From assembly GCA_001761425.1 (NCBI GenBank), contig CP012986.1, forward strand, positions 1-32,000: a stretch of 32,000 nucleotides of DNA, in the 5' to 3' direction. Of the stretch, positions 10,615-19,393 are shown piece by piece (positions within the stretch are counted from its first letter, which is position 1; every line of letters starts with the position of its first letter). The translations under genes were made by a program, and so were the position numbers. Source of the stretch: Candidatus Saccharimonadota bacterium. Lineage in GTDB: Archaea > Nanohalarchaeota > Nanosalinia > Nanosalinales > Nanosalinaceae. The notes beneath the pieces are model-generated. The model was not told the DNA's origin and made no database searches. It saw only the letters and a program-made list of their open reading frames with translations.

Positions 10615-12252
10615 ATGAAGGAAGTCAAAAAAGACCTGGCCGAGGTACTCTCCGAAAAACTTGGTGTAGAGATTTCAGAGGACGATATCGAGAGGCCTGA
10701 ACCAGAACACGGAGACTTCGCTTATCCCGTTATGCAAGCAGCCTCCGAGCTTGGGGAAAATCCTCGCCAACTAGCGGAGGAAACGGCTGGAGAACTCGAA
10801 AGCTCGGATATTGTAAATTCTGTAGATGTAGCAGGTCCAGGATATCTTAACTTCAACCTGAAGCAGAAAATCTTCGCCGAGAGGATCCTCGAAGTCCTTG
10901 AAGACGATAGCTTCGGTTTTGAGGAAAAAGATGAGAAGGCCTTGGTCGAGTTTTCGTGTCCGAACCTTGCTAAGCCTATGCATATCGGCCACGTCCGTAA
11001 CAACTGTATCGGCGATTCCCTGCAGCGTATCATGCGTTTTGTAGGTTACGACGTGACCTCTGAGAACTATATCGGTGACTGGGGTACGAAACACGGCCAG
11101 GTGATCTATGCCTACAGGAAATGGGGTTCGAAAGAAGAGTTCGATGAAAAACCCATGGAGCATATGTACAGCCTCTACGTCAAGTTCCACGATGAAGCAG
11201 ACGAGGAGGATAAGAAGAAGGCCCGTGAATGGTCCAAAAAGATCGAGGAAGGAGATGAGGAAGCCGTACGTATCTGGAACATGTTTCGGGAAGCTACGAT
11301 CGATTACAGCCAGGAAGAGTACGAACGCATGGGGATCGAGTTTGATAGGGTTACGGGAGAAAGTGTTGTAGCAGATGAAGCTCAGAAAGTCGTTGATGAA
11401 GGCCTTGAACAGGGAGTATTTGAAGAGGATGAAGACGGTAGCGTTTACGTCGATTTTGAAAGCGAAAAGTTTCCAAGCACAGTTGTGAAACGTGATGACG
11501 GTGCCACGCTTTACCTGACACGTGATGTCGCAAATATCAGGAAGCGTGAACGCGAAGGATTTGATTACAACTTTTACATTGTTGCTAACGAACAGGATCT
11601 ACATTTCCAGCAGCTTTTCGATCTTGCCGGGCGCTTCGGCATCACAGATATCCACAGTGAGCATATTTCCTATGGTATGCTCCGGCTCCAGGAAGGCTCG
11701 ATGAGTTCATCTAAAGGAAATGTCATCCGTTTATCGGAAATACTGGATAAAGCAGTGGAAAAGGCCTCTGAAGTTGAACACCGAGATGTTAATAACGCTG
11801 AAGAGGTAGGCCTTGGAGCTGTCAAGTACGCAAATCTTTCAGTCTCCCGTCCAAAAGATATAGAGTTTGACTGGGATGAAGTACTTGATTTCGAAGGAGA
11901 TTCAGGGCCTTACCTGCAGTACACGAACGTACGGGCGAAAAGCATTCTGCGAGAGTCGGATAAAGAAGGCGAACTGTCCGGAGAGTTCGAAAAAGAGGAG
12001 TACCGGTTGCTGAAGAAGCTTTCCCAGTTCCCGGAAAAAGTCGGGGAAGCTGCGCGGGGGCGTGAACCTGCAAAGATCGCAAATTATCTTTCCGAGCTTT
12101 GTGAGGAGTTCAACAGCTTCTACCACAGCTGTCAGGTCATCGGAGTCGAAGAAAAGACTGAGAAACGACGTCTGAAACTTGTAGAGGAATTTGTCAACGT
12201 CTCAGATGAAGGCCTTGAACTGCTGGGTATCGAGCCTCTTGAGGATATGTGA
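10615..12252 (+). CDS. argS: Arginine--tRNA ligase (ArgRS)
   Basis: Class I motifs are present: PMHIGHVRN (HIGH) and MSSSKG (KMSKS-like). The N-terminal ..GDFAYPV.. and C-terminal anticodon-binding domain (..YLSELCEEFNSFYH..) are typical of ArgRS. ATG 10615 is preferred over TTG 10588. Confidence 0.92.
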   Translation: MKEVKKDLAEVLSEKLGVEISEDDIERPEPEHGDFAYPVMQAASELGENPRQLAEETAGELESSDIVNSVDVAGPGYLNFNLKQKIFAERILEVLEDDSFGFEEKDEKALVEFSCPNLAKPMHIGHVRNNCIGDSLQRIMRFVGYDVTSENYIGDWGTKHGQVIYAYRKWGSKEEFDEKPMEHMYSLYVKFHDEADEEDKKKAREWSKKIEEGDEEAVRIWNMFREATIDYSQEEYERMGIEFDRVTGESVVADEAQKVVDEGLEQGVFEEDEDGSVYVDFESEKFPSTVVKRDDGATLYLTRDVANIRKREREGFDYNFYIVANEQDLHFQQLFDLAGRFGITDIHSEHISYGMLRLQEGSMSSSKGNVIRLSEILDKAVEKASEVEHRDVNNAEEVGLGAVKYANLSVSRPKDIEFDWDEVLDFEGDSGPYLQYTNVRAKSILRESDKEGELSGEFEKEEYRLLKKLSQFPEKVGEAARGREPAKIANYLSELCEEFNSFYHSCQVIGVEEKTEKRRLKLVEEFVNVSDEGLELLGIEPLEDM

Positions 12253-12287
12253 CAGGGTTTTAAGGCCTCAAGAGCCTATATTGTTCT

Positions 12288-12806
12288 ATGCCTTTCACTC
12301 CTTTCCATTTCGGCCCTGCTATCTTGCTGGGTCTTTTACTGTTGAAGAAACTGGATTTTCCGACTTTCGTGGCTGCCAATATTCTGGTGGACTGGAGAGC
12401 TTTTCTCGTGTTTTTTGGTTTCTGGGAAGGGCCTCTGCATTCATGGCAACACAGCTATATTGGTGCTGTGATGCTTTCGATATTTCTGGGTTCTGTGATG
12501 GTTTATCTGAGGCCTTACCTCGGTTTTTTGATGGATGCTTTCGCCCTGGAACAGAAATTTTCATTGAGAAAGATTTTTTTATCGGCTTTTACCGGGACTT
12601 TTCTGCATGTTATTATCGATGCTTTCCATCATCCTGAGATGCCGACTTTTCTTCCCCTGGATGTGAGGCCTCTGTACGGTTTGTTTTCGACTTTTGAGGT
12701 CCGGGCCCTGGCTTTTTCCTGTCTTGTTCTGAGCCTGGCTCTGTACCTGTGGATGGCGCGTGATGAACTGGGGAAGGAATCGGTTTCTCTGAGGGTAACG
12801 GATTAA
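12288..12806 (+). CDS. Membrane protein, possibly a membrane-bound metal-dependent hydrolase (YdjM/DUF4184-like)
   Basis: The protein has an MPFTPFHFGPA N-terminus, about 5 TM helices and conserved His clusters (HSWQHS, HVIIDAFHHPE). Confidence 0.45.
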   Translation: MPFTPFHFGPAILLGLLLLKKLDFPTFVAANILVDWRAFLVFFGFWEGPLHSWQHSYIGAVMLSIFLGSVMVYLRPYLGFLMDAFALEQKFSLRKIFLSAFTGTFLHVIIDAFHHPEMPTFLPLDVRPLYGLFSTFEVRALAFSCLVLSLALYLWMARDELGKESVSLRVTD

Positions 12807-12851
12807 AAAGACTAGACTTCAAGATTTGGTTTATAGAAGGTCGTAAAGATA

Positions 12852-13058
12852 ATGGGGGAGGAAAATAATTTCTGGATCATAGAACTTTACAACGATGAAA
12901 CCGCTAACGTCTCAATCATGAGTGAGGAAGAAGCCGAGGCCGTGAAGGATATGAACGATGATTTCGAGGAATGGCAGATGGAACCATGCGGTGAGAAGTC
13001 AGAAGAAGAAATGATAGAGATCGCAGAGAGCCATGGCTTCGAACACGATCCCTGGTAA
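12852..13058 (+). CDS. Small, very acidic hypothetical protein (68 aa)
   Basis: An ATG-initiated ORF with the Asp/Glu-rich composition seen in the rest of the proteome. It fills the gap between neighbouring genes. Confidence 0.5.
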   Translation: MGEENNFWIIELYNDETANVSIMSEEEAEAVKDMNDDFEEWQMEPCGEKSEEEMIEIAESHGFEHDPW

Positions 13059-13068
13059 AAAAAAGAGT

Positions 13069-13398
13069 CTAAACCGTTTCGTGGAAGTTTTCAGGGCCTC
13101 TCACTGAGAAATCGCTGTAAAGCCTGTCGACCAGCGGTGCCGCACCGTAAAATTCTATAGAAACCTGTACGCTGTCTTCAAGGCCTTCTGTACTGTATGA
13201 GGCCTGTGCTGAGGATCCTGCTGCCTGGAAACTGTATTCTGTTTCTCCGCCTTTTTCCTCTGTGTTAAGAAGTTCTAGGCCTTCTCTGTCTCCGAGTGAT
13301 GTGAAAAACTGGTTGAGAACCCGGTCTACGGCCTCTGTATCTCTGTCTACCGTGTATTCCTCTGCTCTGGTTCTGTGCTGCTCTGCAGGATATTTCAT
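13069..13398 (-). CDS. Hypothetical acidic protein (109 aa)
   Basis: A clean ATG ORF with acidic composition, convergent with 12852-13058. No motif recognised. Confidence 0.55.
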   Translation of the reverse strand: MKYPAEQHRTRAEEYTVDRDTEAVDRVLNQFFTSLGDREGLELLNTEEKGGETEYSFQAAGSSAQASYSTEGLEDSVQVSIEFYGAAPLVDRLYSDFSVRGPENFHETV

Positions 13399-13522
13399 GA
13401 ACTGTACTGATTACTGGCCCGCAAATCTTTATATTAGATTACTGTGTTTCTATCCTCGTTTCTTGAGCGTAGACTGTGGTTCAGAAAGATAATTTAAAGA
13501 AGAAAAGGAAAAACTTGGTAGA

Positions 13523-13936
13523 ATGGATTTTCCCGGTAAGAACTTCAGCAGGGAGGATCTGAATATCTTCGCCCTGGGGACAGCTCTGGTACTGGTACTT
13601 ACCTTTCTAGTCAATTTTCTAGGCCTTGAAACAGCCTCGGTCTACGTTATAGATGTAATACCTGTCCTGCTGGTCCTGGGAACAGTTTACTACAGCTTGA
13701 ATACCCAGGAGTTTTTGGGCGGTGAAATCGGCCGTAATATGTCCGTCATCGCTGTAGGCCTTGCGGTCTACGGCCTGACATTTCACATGATAAACCTTCC
13801 GTACCAGGTACTGGGCCATCCCACGACGATAGGTCTTAGCTCTTCTTTCTGGCTTACTTTGACTAATAGTCTGCAGATATTTGGGGTATCAACAACAGCT
13901 ATCGGATTCTACCTGATGTGGAGGGAAAGCCAGTGA
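13523..13936 (+). CDS. 4-TM membrane protein, module 1 of a local paralogue family (GGEIGRN / WH motif family)
   Basis: It contains ..VYYSLNTQEFLGGEIGRNMSVIAVGL.. and ..GHPTTIGLSSSFW...IGFYLMW. The protein is colinear with 13933-14346 and with both halves of 14738-15547. Confidence 0.7.
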   Translation: MDFPGKNFSREDLNIFALGTALVLVLTFLVNFLGLETASVYVIDVIPVLLVLGTVYYSLNTQEFLGGEIGRNMSVIAVGLAVYGLTFHMINLPYQVLGHPTTIGLSSSFWLTLTNSLQIFGVSTTAIGFYLMWRESQ

Positions 13937-14346
13937 AAACCAACCTGGAAAAGAAAGACACTGCCATACTAACCTTCCTGCTACTTTTCGCTGTAGCCGC
14001 AGGCCTCCTGGGAGAATACTTGGGCTGGCAGATCGAGATCGATTCCAAAGATTTCTGGCAGGCCTTAATTCCGGCAGTAGCCTGTCTATACTTTGTATAC
14101 CGGACTGAAAAGATCTGGGGCGGCGAGGTTCTACGTTTCCTTACAGTTATAGGCTCCGGCATCATTTTCCACGCAGTTATATGGGGTATAATCGTACAGT
14201 GGCATATAAGCGGTATGCCTTCACTGCTAGGCCTTTCATCAGCTGCCTTATACGTACTACTGCATGGTATGAGTGCGGTAGCCTTTGGAATGACCGCCTA
14301 CGGATTCTACATCTTCTACCAGTCCTCGAAAGAGGAAAAAACCTGA
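13933..14346 (+). CDS. 4-TM membrane protein, module 2 of the same paralogue family
   Basis: It contains ..LYFVYRTEKIWGGEVLRFLTVIGSG..QWHISGMPSLLGLSS..YGFYIFY. GTG 13933 overlaps the upstream TGA (GTGA coupling); GTG 13918 is an alternative start. Confidence 0.7.
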   Translation: MKTNLEKKDTAILTFLLLFAVAAGLLGEYLGWQIEIDSKDFWQALIPAVACLYFVYRTEKIWGGEVLRFLTVIGSGIIFHAVIWGIIVQWHISGMPSLLGLSSAALYVLLHGMSAVAFGMTAYGFYIFYQSSKEEKT

Positions 14347-14355
14347 TCTCATAGG

Positions 14356-14700
14356 TTATGTCTGTCCAGAGAAGGATTTGATCTCTTTGTAGTACTCTGG
14401 CGAATCCAGGCTCCTGACAGCATCTTCCAATTTTCTATCAAGCCCGGAAAAATCTTCTTTTCTCCCGGAAAAGAACTTTCTTCCACCGTCAAGAAAGGCC
14501 TCGACCAAGAAACTTCCTGAAGGCCTGAAAGGATGCAGATGATCTCCAAAGGAAGGTTCGTGACTGTAAAAATTTAGGTCGGTATCCGGGAGTCGGTAGA
14601 TCAGTTCAGGGCTTCTATCATATGTTATCTGGAGGCCTCTGCCTCTGTTGAACTGTGATAAGTCTTCTTCGCTGAGGATTTCGTATGCCGGGTTCTGCAT
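14356..14700 (-). CDS. Hypothetical protein (114 aa)
   Basis: An ATG ORF lying between the paralogous membrane-protein genes. No motif recognised. Confidence 0.5.
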   Translation of the reverse strand: MQNPAYEILSEEDLSQFNRGRGLQITYDRSPELIYRLPDTDLNFYSHEPSFGDHLHPFRPSGSFLVEAFLDGGRKFFSGRKEDFSGLDRKLEDAVRSLDSPEYYKEIKSFSGQT

Positions 14701-14737
14701 ACACTGGATTTTTTCCTCTGATCGTTTTTAGGCTTTG

Positions 14738-15547
14738 TTAGAGTTCGTGGAGTGCATAGCTTATTACCAGGAAGCCTGCTATAACCCATGAATGGAAGAA
14801 TCCTAGCCAGAAGCCCTGGGAGATACCTATTCCCGGCATCCCTGCGATGTGCCACGGGATGTGCGGAAGCCAGTTCAAAAGGATCAGTACAAGGCCTACT
14901 CCTATAAGCTGGAGGTTTCTGCCGATTTCTCCTCCCCAGGTCCTTAGCTCGTAGACATAGTAGAGGCCTGCCAGGATGAAAGGTATCTGGATGTAGGTTG
15001 TGGACAGAGTAAGAACTTCAGTAAACCCTGTTACCTGGCCGGTAGCTCCTCCGATAACCACTACGAGAGCTGCCATAAGCAGGAACCTGTAGTCTTTCTC
15101 TTTCAGATGCATGTTCAGGAAGCCTTTCTCGAAATCGCCGACATCTGTGTTGAGGGATTTATGGAAAAGATAGATTCCATAGGAAATGATCAGGAAACTG
15201 ACCGCGTTCCAGGAATGGAAGAGACCAGCCCAGAAACCTGTGTTAAAACCGAGCATGTCAGGCCTCTGCTGGAGATGCCATCCGATATGCGGAAGCCAGC
15301 TGACAAGAAAAGTCGCCGTACCGAGACCTATGATCTCCATATTCCTGGCGAAAACACCTTCAAGATGCGGAATATTCCTGTAAAGGCCTACAAGACCCAG
15401 AAGTATAGCTCCTCCAGTGAAAAATCTTAAAGTATTCTCAGTTGAGTGGGTCCAACCCATCAAATGGCCGAGAATACCTCCTAGAACAACTAGTAAAACA
15501 GCACCGCCTAGAACATAGTAATCATTCTCCTTCAGGGCGAGATCCAT
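14738..15547 (-). CDS. 8-TM membrane protein: tandem fusion of two modules of the GGEIGRN / WH family
   Basis: The N-half has ..LYRNIPHLEGVFARNMEIIGLG..WLPHIGWHLQQRPDMLGFNTGFW..FHSW..YGIYLF. The C-half has ..YYVYELRTWGGEIGRNLQLIGVG..WLPHIPWHIAGMPGIGISQGFW..FHSW..ISYALHEL. Confidence 0.75.
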   Translation of the reverse strand: MDLALKENDYYVLGGAVLLVVLGGILGHLMGWTHSTENTLRFFTGGAILLGLVGLYRNIPHLEGVFARNMEIIGLGTATFLVSWLPHIGWHLQQRPDMLGFNTGFWAGLFHSWNAVSFLIISYGIYLFHKSLNTDVGDFEKGFLNMHLKEKDYRFLLMAALVVVIGGATGQVTGFTEVLTLSTTYIQIPFILAGLYYVYELRTWGGEIGRNLQLIGVGLVLILLNWLPHIPWHIAGMPGIGISQGFWLGFFHSWVIAGFLVISYALHEL

Positions 15548-15602
15548 AGAACTAGATTGGGAAAAACCCCTACAAAAAAGTACCGAAAAATTGAAGACTT
15601 CA

Positions 15603-15676
15603 TGGCCGAACCCGGATTTGAACCGGGGACAACTTGATCTTCAGTCAAGCGCTCTCCCAGGCTGAGCTATTCGGCC
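15603..15676 (-). tRNA. tRNA-Phe(GAA)
   Basis: Hand-folded cloverleaf: GGCCGAA-TA-GCTC-AGCCTGGGA-GAGC-G-CTTGA-CTGAAGA-TCAAG-TTGTC-CCCGG-TTCAAAT-CCGGG-TTCGGCC-A. Confidence 0.9.
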
Positions 15677-15735
15677 AAGAGTGCAGATCCTTCGAACATG
15701 AAGGCCTCTGTGTAGAAGTGATTCTATGGTGACAT

Positions 15736-16317
15736 TTAAGAAACAACTTGTCCGAAGACGTCTCTGGTCGAACCGCTGTGCACAACGACTTTTCCCGGTT
15801 TCAGGTCGGCTCTTCCTCTTTCAAAGACGTATTTATCTGCTGAAGGATCAAGAACCGTGTTGAAGTCTGTCTGAACCCATGAATGACCTTCATCGCTTCT
15901 TTCATTTTGGTAGCCAGAGTGGTAATCGGAATCGATACCCAGTTCATCCAGTAACAGATGCAGGGTCGCTGCCCTTTCTCTACAGATACCTGTATTAAGG
16001 CCTCTGTACTCTCGGGTCCATACATCGGAAAGCCTGACCTCCGAGATATCTCCCTGAATTTCTCTTCTCTCCCTGTCCAGCTCTCCGGGATCAAGGCCTC
16101 TTTCATCAGCTATTTCGTATATGTGTTTGATCTCCTCGTCTACAAACTCTGTGGCATCCTCCAGAACTGTATCCTGATCGAAACCGTATTCATCCATGAA
16201 TTCCTGGTAGAGTTGGTCAGGCCTTTCGTCGATCACAAGGTCGTAACTCTTTCCCCGGAGTTTATCTCCGGTTTCCAGCTCTATACCTGAGTGAAATTCC
16301 TGGGTGTTTACTACCAC
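15736..16317 (-). CDS. Transglutaminase-like cysteine peptidase superfamily protein
   Basis: The core ..TGICRERAATLHLLLDELGI..EGHSWVQTDF..VLDPS fits the Cys-His-Asp transglutaminase-like arrangement. GTG start. Confidence 0.55.
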   Translation of the reverse strand: MVVNTQEFHSGIELETGDKLRGKSYDLVIDERPDQLYQEFMDEYGFDQDTVLEDATEFVDEEIKHIYEIADERGLDPGELDRERREIQGDISEVRLSDVWTREYRGLNTGICRERAATLHLLLDELGIDSDYHSGYQNERSDEGHSWVQTDFNTVLDPSADKYVFERGRADLKPGKVVVHSGSTRDVFGQVVS

Positions 16318-16385
16318 TGGTTGATGAATAGAAGATCAGTTTTAAACAGGTTTTCTTCATAAGCTTTTGTTCACATCTGTTTACC

Positions 16386-17417
16386 ATGACAGAAGAAAAT
16401 AAGGATACACGTGAACACGTTATCCCTGGAACCAGGAAAGGCTATGAAGGGGAAAAAGTCGAGGGATATGATTTCAGGGGCGACTTCGATTTTGAGGATA
16501 TGATTGAGAAGTACGCTACTACCGGTTTCCAGGCCTCGCATCTGAAAGAGGCGATCGAACTGGTTAAAGAGATGAGAGATGAGGACGCGAAGATCTTCCT
16601 GACATTTACCTCCAACATCATCAGTTCAGGCCTTCGAGAAGTTATCGCTTATCTTGTGAGAGAGGATTACATCGATGTTGTGATCACCTCCGCAGGTTCC
16701 CACACAGAGGATGTTATCAAGTCAGCGAAAGATTTCAAGATGGGTCGGTGGGAAGCAGATGAAGCCAAACTTAGAGAGGAAGGTATCAACCGTCTGGGTA
16801 ACATCTATGTCGAGAGCGATAACTATGTGTGGCTGGAATCCTGGTTGAACAACGAGTTCTTCGATGATTTCTTTGCAGAGGAAAAAGTTCGTACTCCGAG
16901 CGATCTGGCCTATGAACTGGGAAAAAGTGTTGGAGCGGATGAAGGCCTTGATCACGAAGACTCGTTTATCTACCACGCCTATGATAAGAATATTCCGGTT
17001 TACTGTCCTGCGATGATCGATGCCGAGATCGGGGACTTCATGTTCTACTACAGGCAGGAGAAAGATTCTGATATCGGTATCGAGATCCTGGATGACTGGG
17101 ACTCTCTGATCAACGAAGCGATCGAGGCTGAGAAAACTGGCATCATTGCAGTAGGGGATGGAGTACCTAAACACCAGGCCATCATGTCCAACCTCTTCAG
17201 AGGCGGGACCGACCGAGCTGTCTACATCTCAACCGGCATGGAAGGCGATGGCTCGCTTTCAGGAGCGCCTCCAAAGGAAGCAGTTTCATGGGGAAAGATC
17301 AGGGAAGACGACATGAAGAAAAACTACACACAGGTCGAAGCAGAGGCTACGCTGGTATTCCCATTACTGGTCGCGGAGGCCTTCAAGAAATACAAGCCGG
17401 AAAACCAGGAGTCATAG
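16386..17417 (+). CDS. dys: Deoxyhypusine synthase
   Basis: ..TGFQASHLKEAIELVKEM..KIFLTFTSNIISSGLREVIAYLVRE..VDVVITSAG..EDVIK.. and ..GDGVPKH.. match the DHS family along its full length (343 aa). Confidence 0.88.
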   Translation: MTEENKDTREHVIPGTRKGYEGEKVEGYDFRGDFDFEDMIEKYATTGFQASHLKEAIELVKEMRDEDAKIFLTFTSNIISSGLREVIAYLVREDYIDVVITSAGSHTEDVIKSAKDFKMGRWEADEAKLREEGINRLGNIYVESDNYVWLESWLNNEFFDDFFAEEKVRTPSDLAYELGKSVGADEGLDHEDSFIYHAYDKNIPVYCPAMIDAEIGDFMFYYRQEKDSDIGIEILDDWDSLINEAIEAEKTGIIAVGDGVPKHQAIMSNLFRGGTDRAVYISTGMEGDGSLSGAPPKEAVSWGKIREDDMKKNYTQVEAEATLVFPLLVAEAFKKYKPENQES

Positions 17418-17420
17418 AGA

Positions 17421-17957
17421 ATGAACGATCAAGACACATTGAGGATAGGCCCTAGACCGGAAAGATACCTGAACCTGAGGCCTCACGACACCTATGATGA
17501 GAACATTGAAGCTTTAGAATCTGTTATCGACGGAGAATACGATAAGATCTGGGAGGTCTACGACGACATGCATCCCAGGGTTTTCCACAAGGCCTTCAGC
17601 GATTTCTACGGCCAGGAAGGCGGACCTGCAAAGGTCGATAGCAAGGCCCTGGAGGACATGCGGACGGTTCTCGAGCACAACTCTGCGAAAGATCATTTCT
17701 GGATTGAAGAAAACTTATTCAACCTTGGATACCGCCTAGGTCCTAAGGAAAAGCGTCGGACCGGAAGTGAGAAGCGTAGAGAAAGACAGAACCCTGATAT
17801 AGCGCACAGCCGGGATATGATGCCTGAGATAGATGTTCCTATGCCGAAAAATCCTGTAAGAGAGGGCAGGAAGAAGAGAGAAGGAGACGAATACTACAGA
17901 CGCGTGAACGAGAGTATAGGCCTTGAGATCTTTAATTTTGACATCGAAGTTCTCTAG
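17421..17957 (+). CDS. Hypothetical protein (178 aa), Lys/Arg-rich C-terminal half
   Basis: The ATG lies 4 nt after the dys stop, so co-transcription is likely. No motif recognised. Confidence 0.55.
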   Translation: MNDQDTLRIGPRPERYLNLRPHDTYDENIEALESVIDGEYDKIWEVYDDMHPRVFHKAFSDFYGQEGGPAKVDSKALEDMRTVLEHNSAKDHFWIEENLFNLGYRLGPKEKRRTGSEKRRERQNPDIAHSRDMMPEIDVPMPKNPVREGRKKREGDEYYRRVNESIGLEIFNFDIEVL

Positions 17958-18409
17958 TTAGAACGCGACTCATTCTGGTAATTGTCAAGATTGTCTTTTA
18001 CAGGATCTTTCAACTGCCACGAGCCGTTTCTATTCACCATTGTAAACGTGGTATTCCTGTTAAAGGTTCCCTGTTCCTCAGACTCTATCTTGTAATCAAG
18101 TAGCACTGTTATGCTGTCCGACGAGACATTGACCAGTTTGACTTTCGTGGACTTCATCTCGACCCCTTCACGGGAACTAACATTATTTTTGAACTCATCT
18201 ACTGTTCCCTGAATCGGTGCCATAACCGCATTATCTGTAAGAGAATCAAGAGAAAACTCATAGGTACTCGAGTTACCGTCGGAACTGAAGTTCCCGAATA
18301 TATCCAGGACCTGACCCACCGGCCCATCCTCATCGATATCCTCCACACATCCAGAGGAAAAAACTGTCAGGGCGACCACAGAAATCACGAGGTAGGCCTT
18401 CAGCTCCAT
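17954..18409 (-). CDS. Secreted lipoprotein-like hypothetical protein
   Basis: The signal peptide ends in a lipobox-like SSGC (MELKAYLVISVVALTVFSSGC). The mature part is acidic and carries several N-x-S/T sequons. Confidence 0.6.
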   Translation of the reverse strand: MELKAYLVISVVALTVFSSGCVEDIDEDGPVGQVLDIFGNFSSDGNSSTYEFSLDSLTDNAVMAPIQGTVDEFKNNVSSREGVEMKSTKVKLVNVSSDSITVLLDYKIESEEQGTFNRNTTFTMVNRNGSWQLKDPVKDNLDNYQNESRSN

Positions 18410-18448
18410 GGATTAAGTTTTGGTTTTGACGGCCTATAAATTCTCCGA

Positions 18449-18982
18449 TCAGATCTTTTGCAGGATCTCGGGCCTTTCCTCCTCAAGCATCTCCAGGTTG
18501 TTGATGAAAACATCCTTGTTGTACTCTATGGAATCTAAACGTTCATGTCCCAGGACATGGTCAAGTGCGTACAGAAGGCCTTCAAAGACGGCTAGAGGAT
18601 TTTTCTTTGCTTCCTCTGCATCTCGGTAGTAAAACTGTGTTACTGACTCGATGTCGAAGGCCTTCTGCCTTATCTCGGTATCCTCCATGATCCTTGTGAA
18701 AAGTTCGAATTCGGATCTGGCCAGTGTTTTCCCTCTTCTTTTCTCGAAGTATTCCTTTATCTCTGTCTTGAAGGCCTGGCTGTCGGTCTTTGCCAGGAAT
18801 TTTTCTCCTGTCTCCTCGAAGAATCTTACCTGTTCAAGTCGTTCGGCCTCTCTCTTGATACTGTCTTTTTTCAGTTCCTGTTCTGATACGTTCCATGAAT
18901 CTGCTATCTGCTGTGCGGTCTTGGCAGCTCCAAGTGTCGAAATGTATACAAGGTTCGCCCAGTGACCTTCCCTAAATTCCAT
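18449..18982 (-). CDS. Hypothetical protein with a possible N-terminal helix-turn-helix
   Basis: ..STLGAAKTAQQIADSWNVSEQ.. looks like an HTH. The rest is helical and charged. Confidence 0.5.
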   Translation of the reverse strand: MEFREGHWANLVYISTLGAAKTAQQIADSWNVSEQELKKDSIKREAERLEQVRFFEETGEKFLAKTDSQAFKTEIKEYFEKRRGKTLARSEFELFTRIMEDTEIRQKAFDIESVTQFYYRDAEEAKKNPLAVFEGLLYALDHVLGHERLDSIEYNKDVFINNLEMLEEERPEILQKI

Positions 18983-18996
18983 CCGTCTTTTCTCAC

Positions 18997-19293
18997 CTAG
19001 TTAGATCTTATGTCCTCAGTTACTATTTTCTCAAGGAAGTCTTTAAGGTAATCGGAACCTCCAACAACCTCAAGGAACTTCTCATCCTCGCCTTCAAGCT
19101 GCTTTATCAGGTTGAACTCAGCTACGCTTTGATCTCCTTCCTGAGGAAGCTCTGCCGACGCTATCATCTCCTCACCATCCCGGATCAGTACTTTTCCCTC
19201 ACTGGTCTTCAGATGAAACTTTCCCTCACCGAACTCACCTTTAGGGAACTCGAAACCGTTCTCAGCTCTGTTAAAATTTCCTCGAAGCGACAT
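18997..19293 (-). CDS. Hypothetical acidic protein (98 aa)
   Basis: An ATG ORF directly upstream of 18449-18982 on the same strand. Acidic composition. Confidence 0.5.
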   Translation of the reverse strand: MSLRGNFNRAENGFEFPKGEFGEGKFHLKTSEGKVLIRDGEEMIASAELPQEGDQSVAEFNLIKQLEGEDEKFLEVVGGSDYLKDFLEKIVTEDIRSN

Positions 19294-19393
19294 AGAAACA
19301 GTTACTGGAACACAGCTTTTTCAGTTATCCGGGGAAAAAGGTTGAGGCCTTCCACACAAATACAGTTTAGTGAGAAAACACCAAAACTCCTGT

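Noticed and set aside
8264-12126. Alternative-frame and antisense ORFs inside the ureohydrolase, GT-C and argS genes (8264-8497, 8436-8771, 9180-9455, 9327-9572, 9528-9812, 10722-11033, 10771-11190, 11108-11371, 11351-11533, 11522-11704, 11822-12082, 11902-12126)
   Set aside because: Each is nested in a longer ORF with clear family motifs. Their products are basic and low-complexity.
12191-12637. ORF 12191-12637 (+), plus the antisense ORFs 12319-12564 and 12613-12822
   Set aside because: They overlap the argS 3' end and the 12288-12806 membrane-protein frame, which has coherent TM helices and His motifs. The alternative frames do not.
13619-17696. Nested or antisense ORFs 13619-13819, 13899-14165, 14349-14549, 14625-14855, 15107-15430, 15186-15383, 15801-16106, 15958-16290, 16722-17174, 17514-17696
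   Set aside because: Each overlaps a longer ORF that has paralogue or family-motif support.
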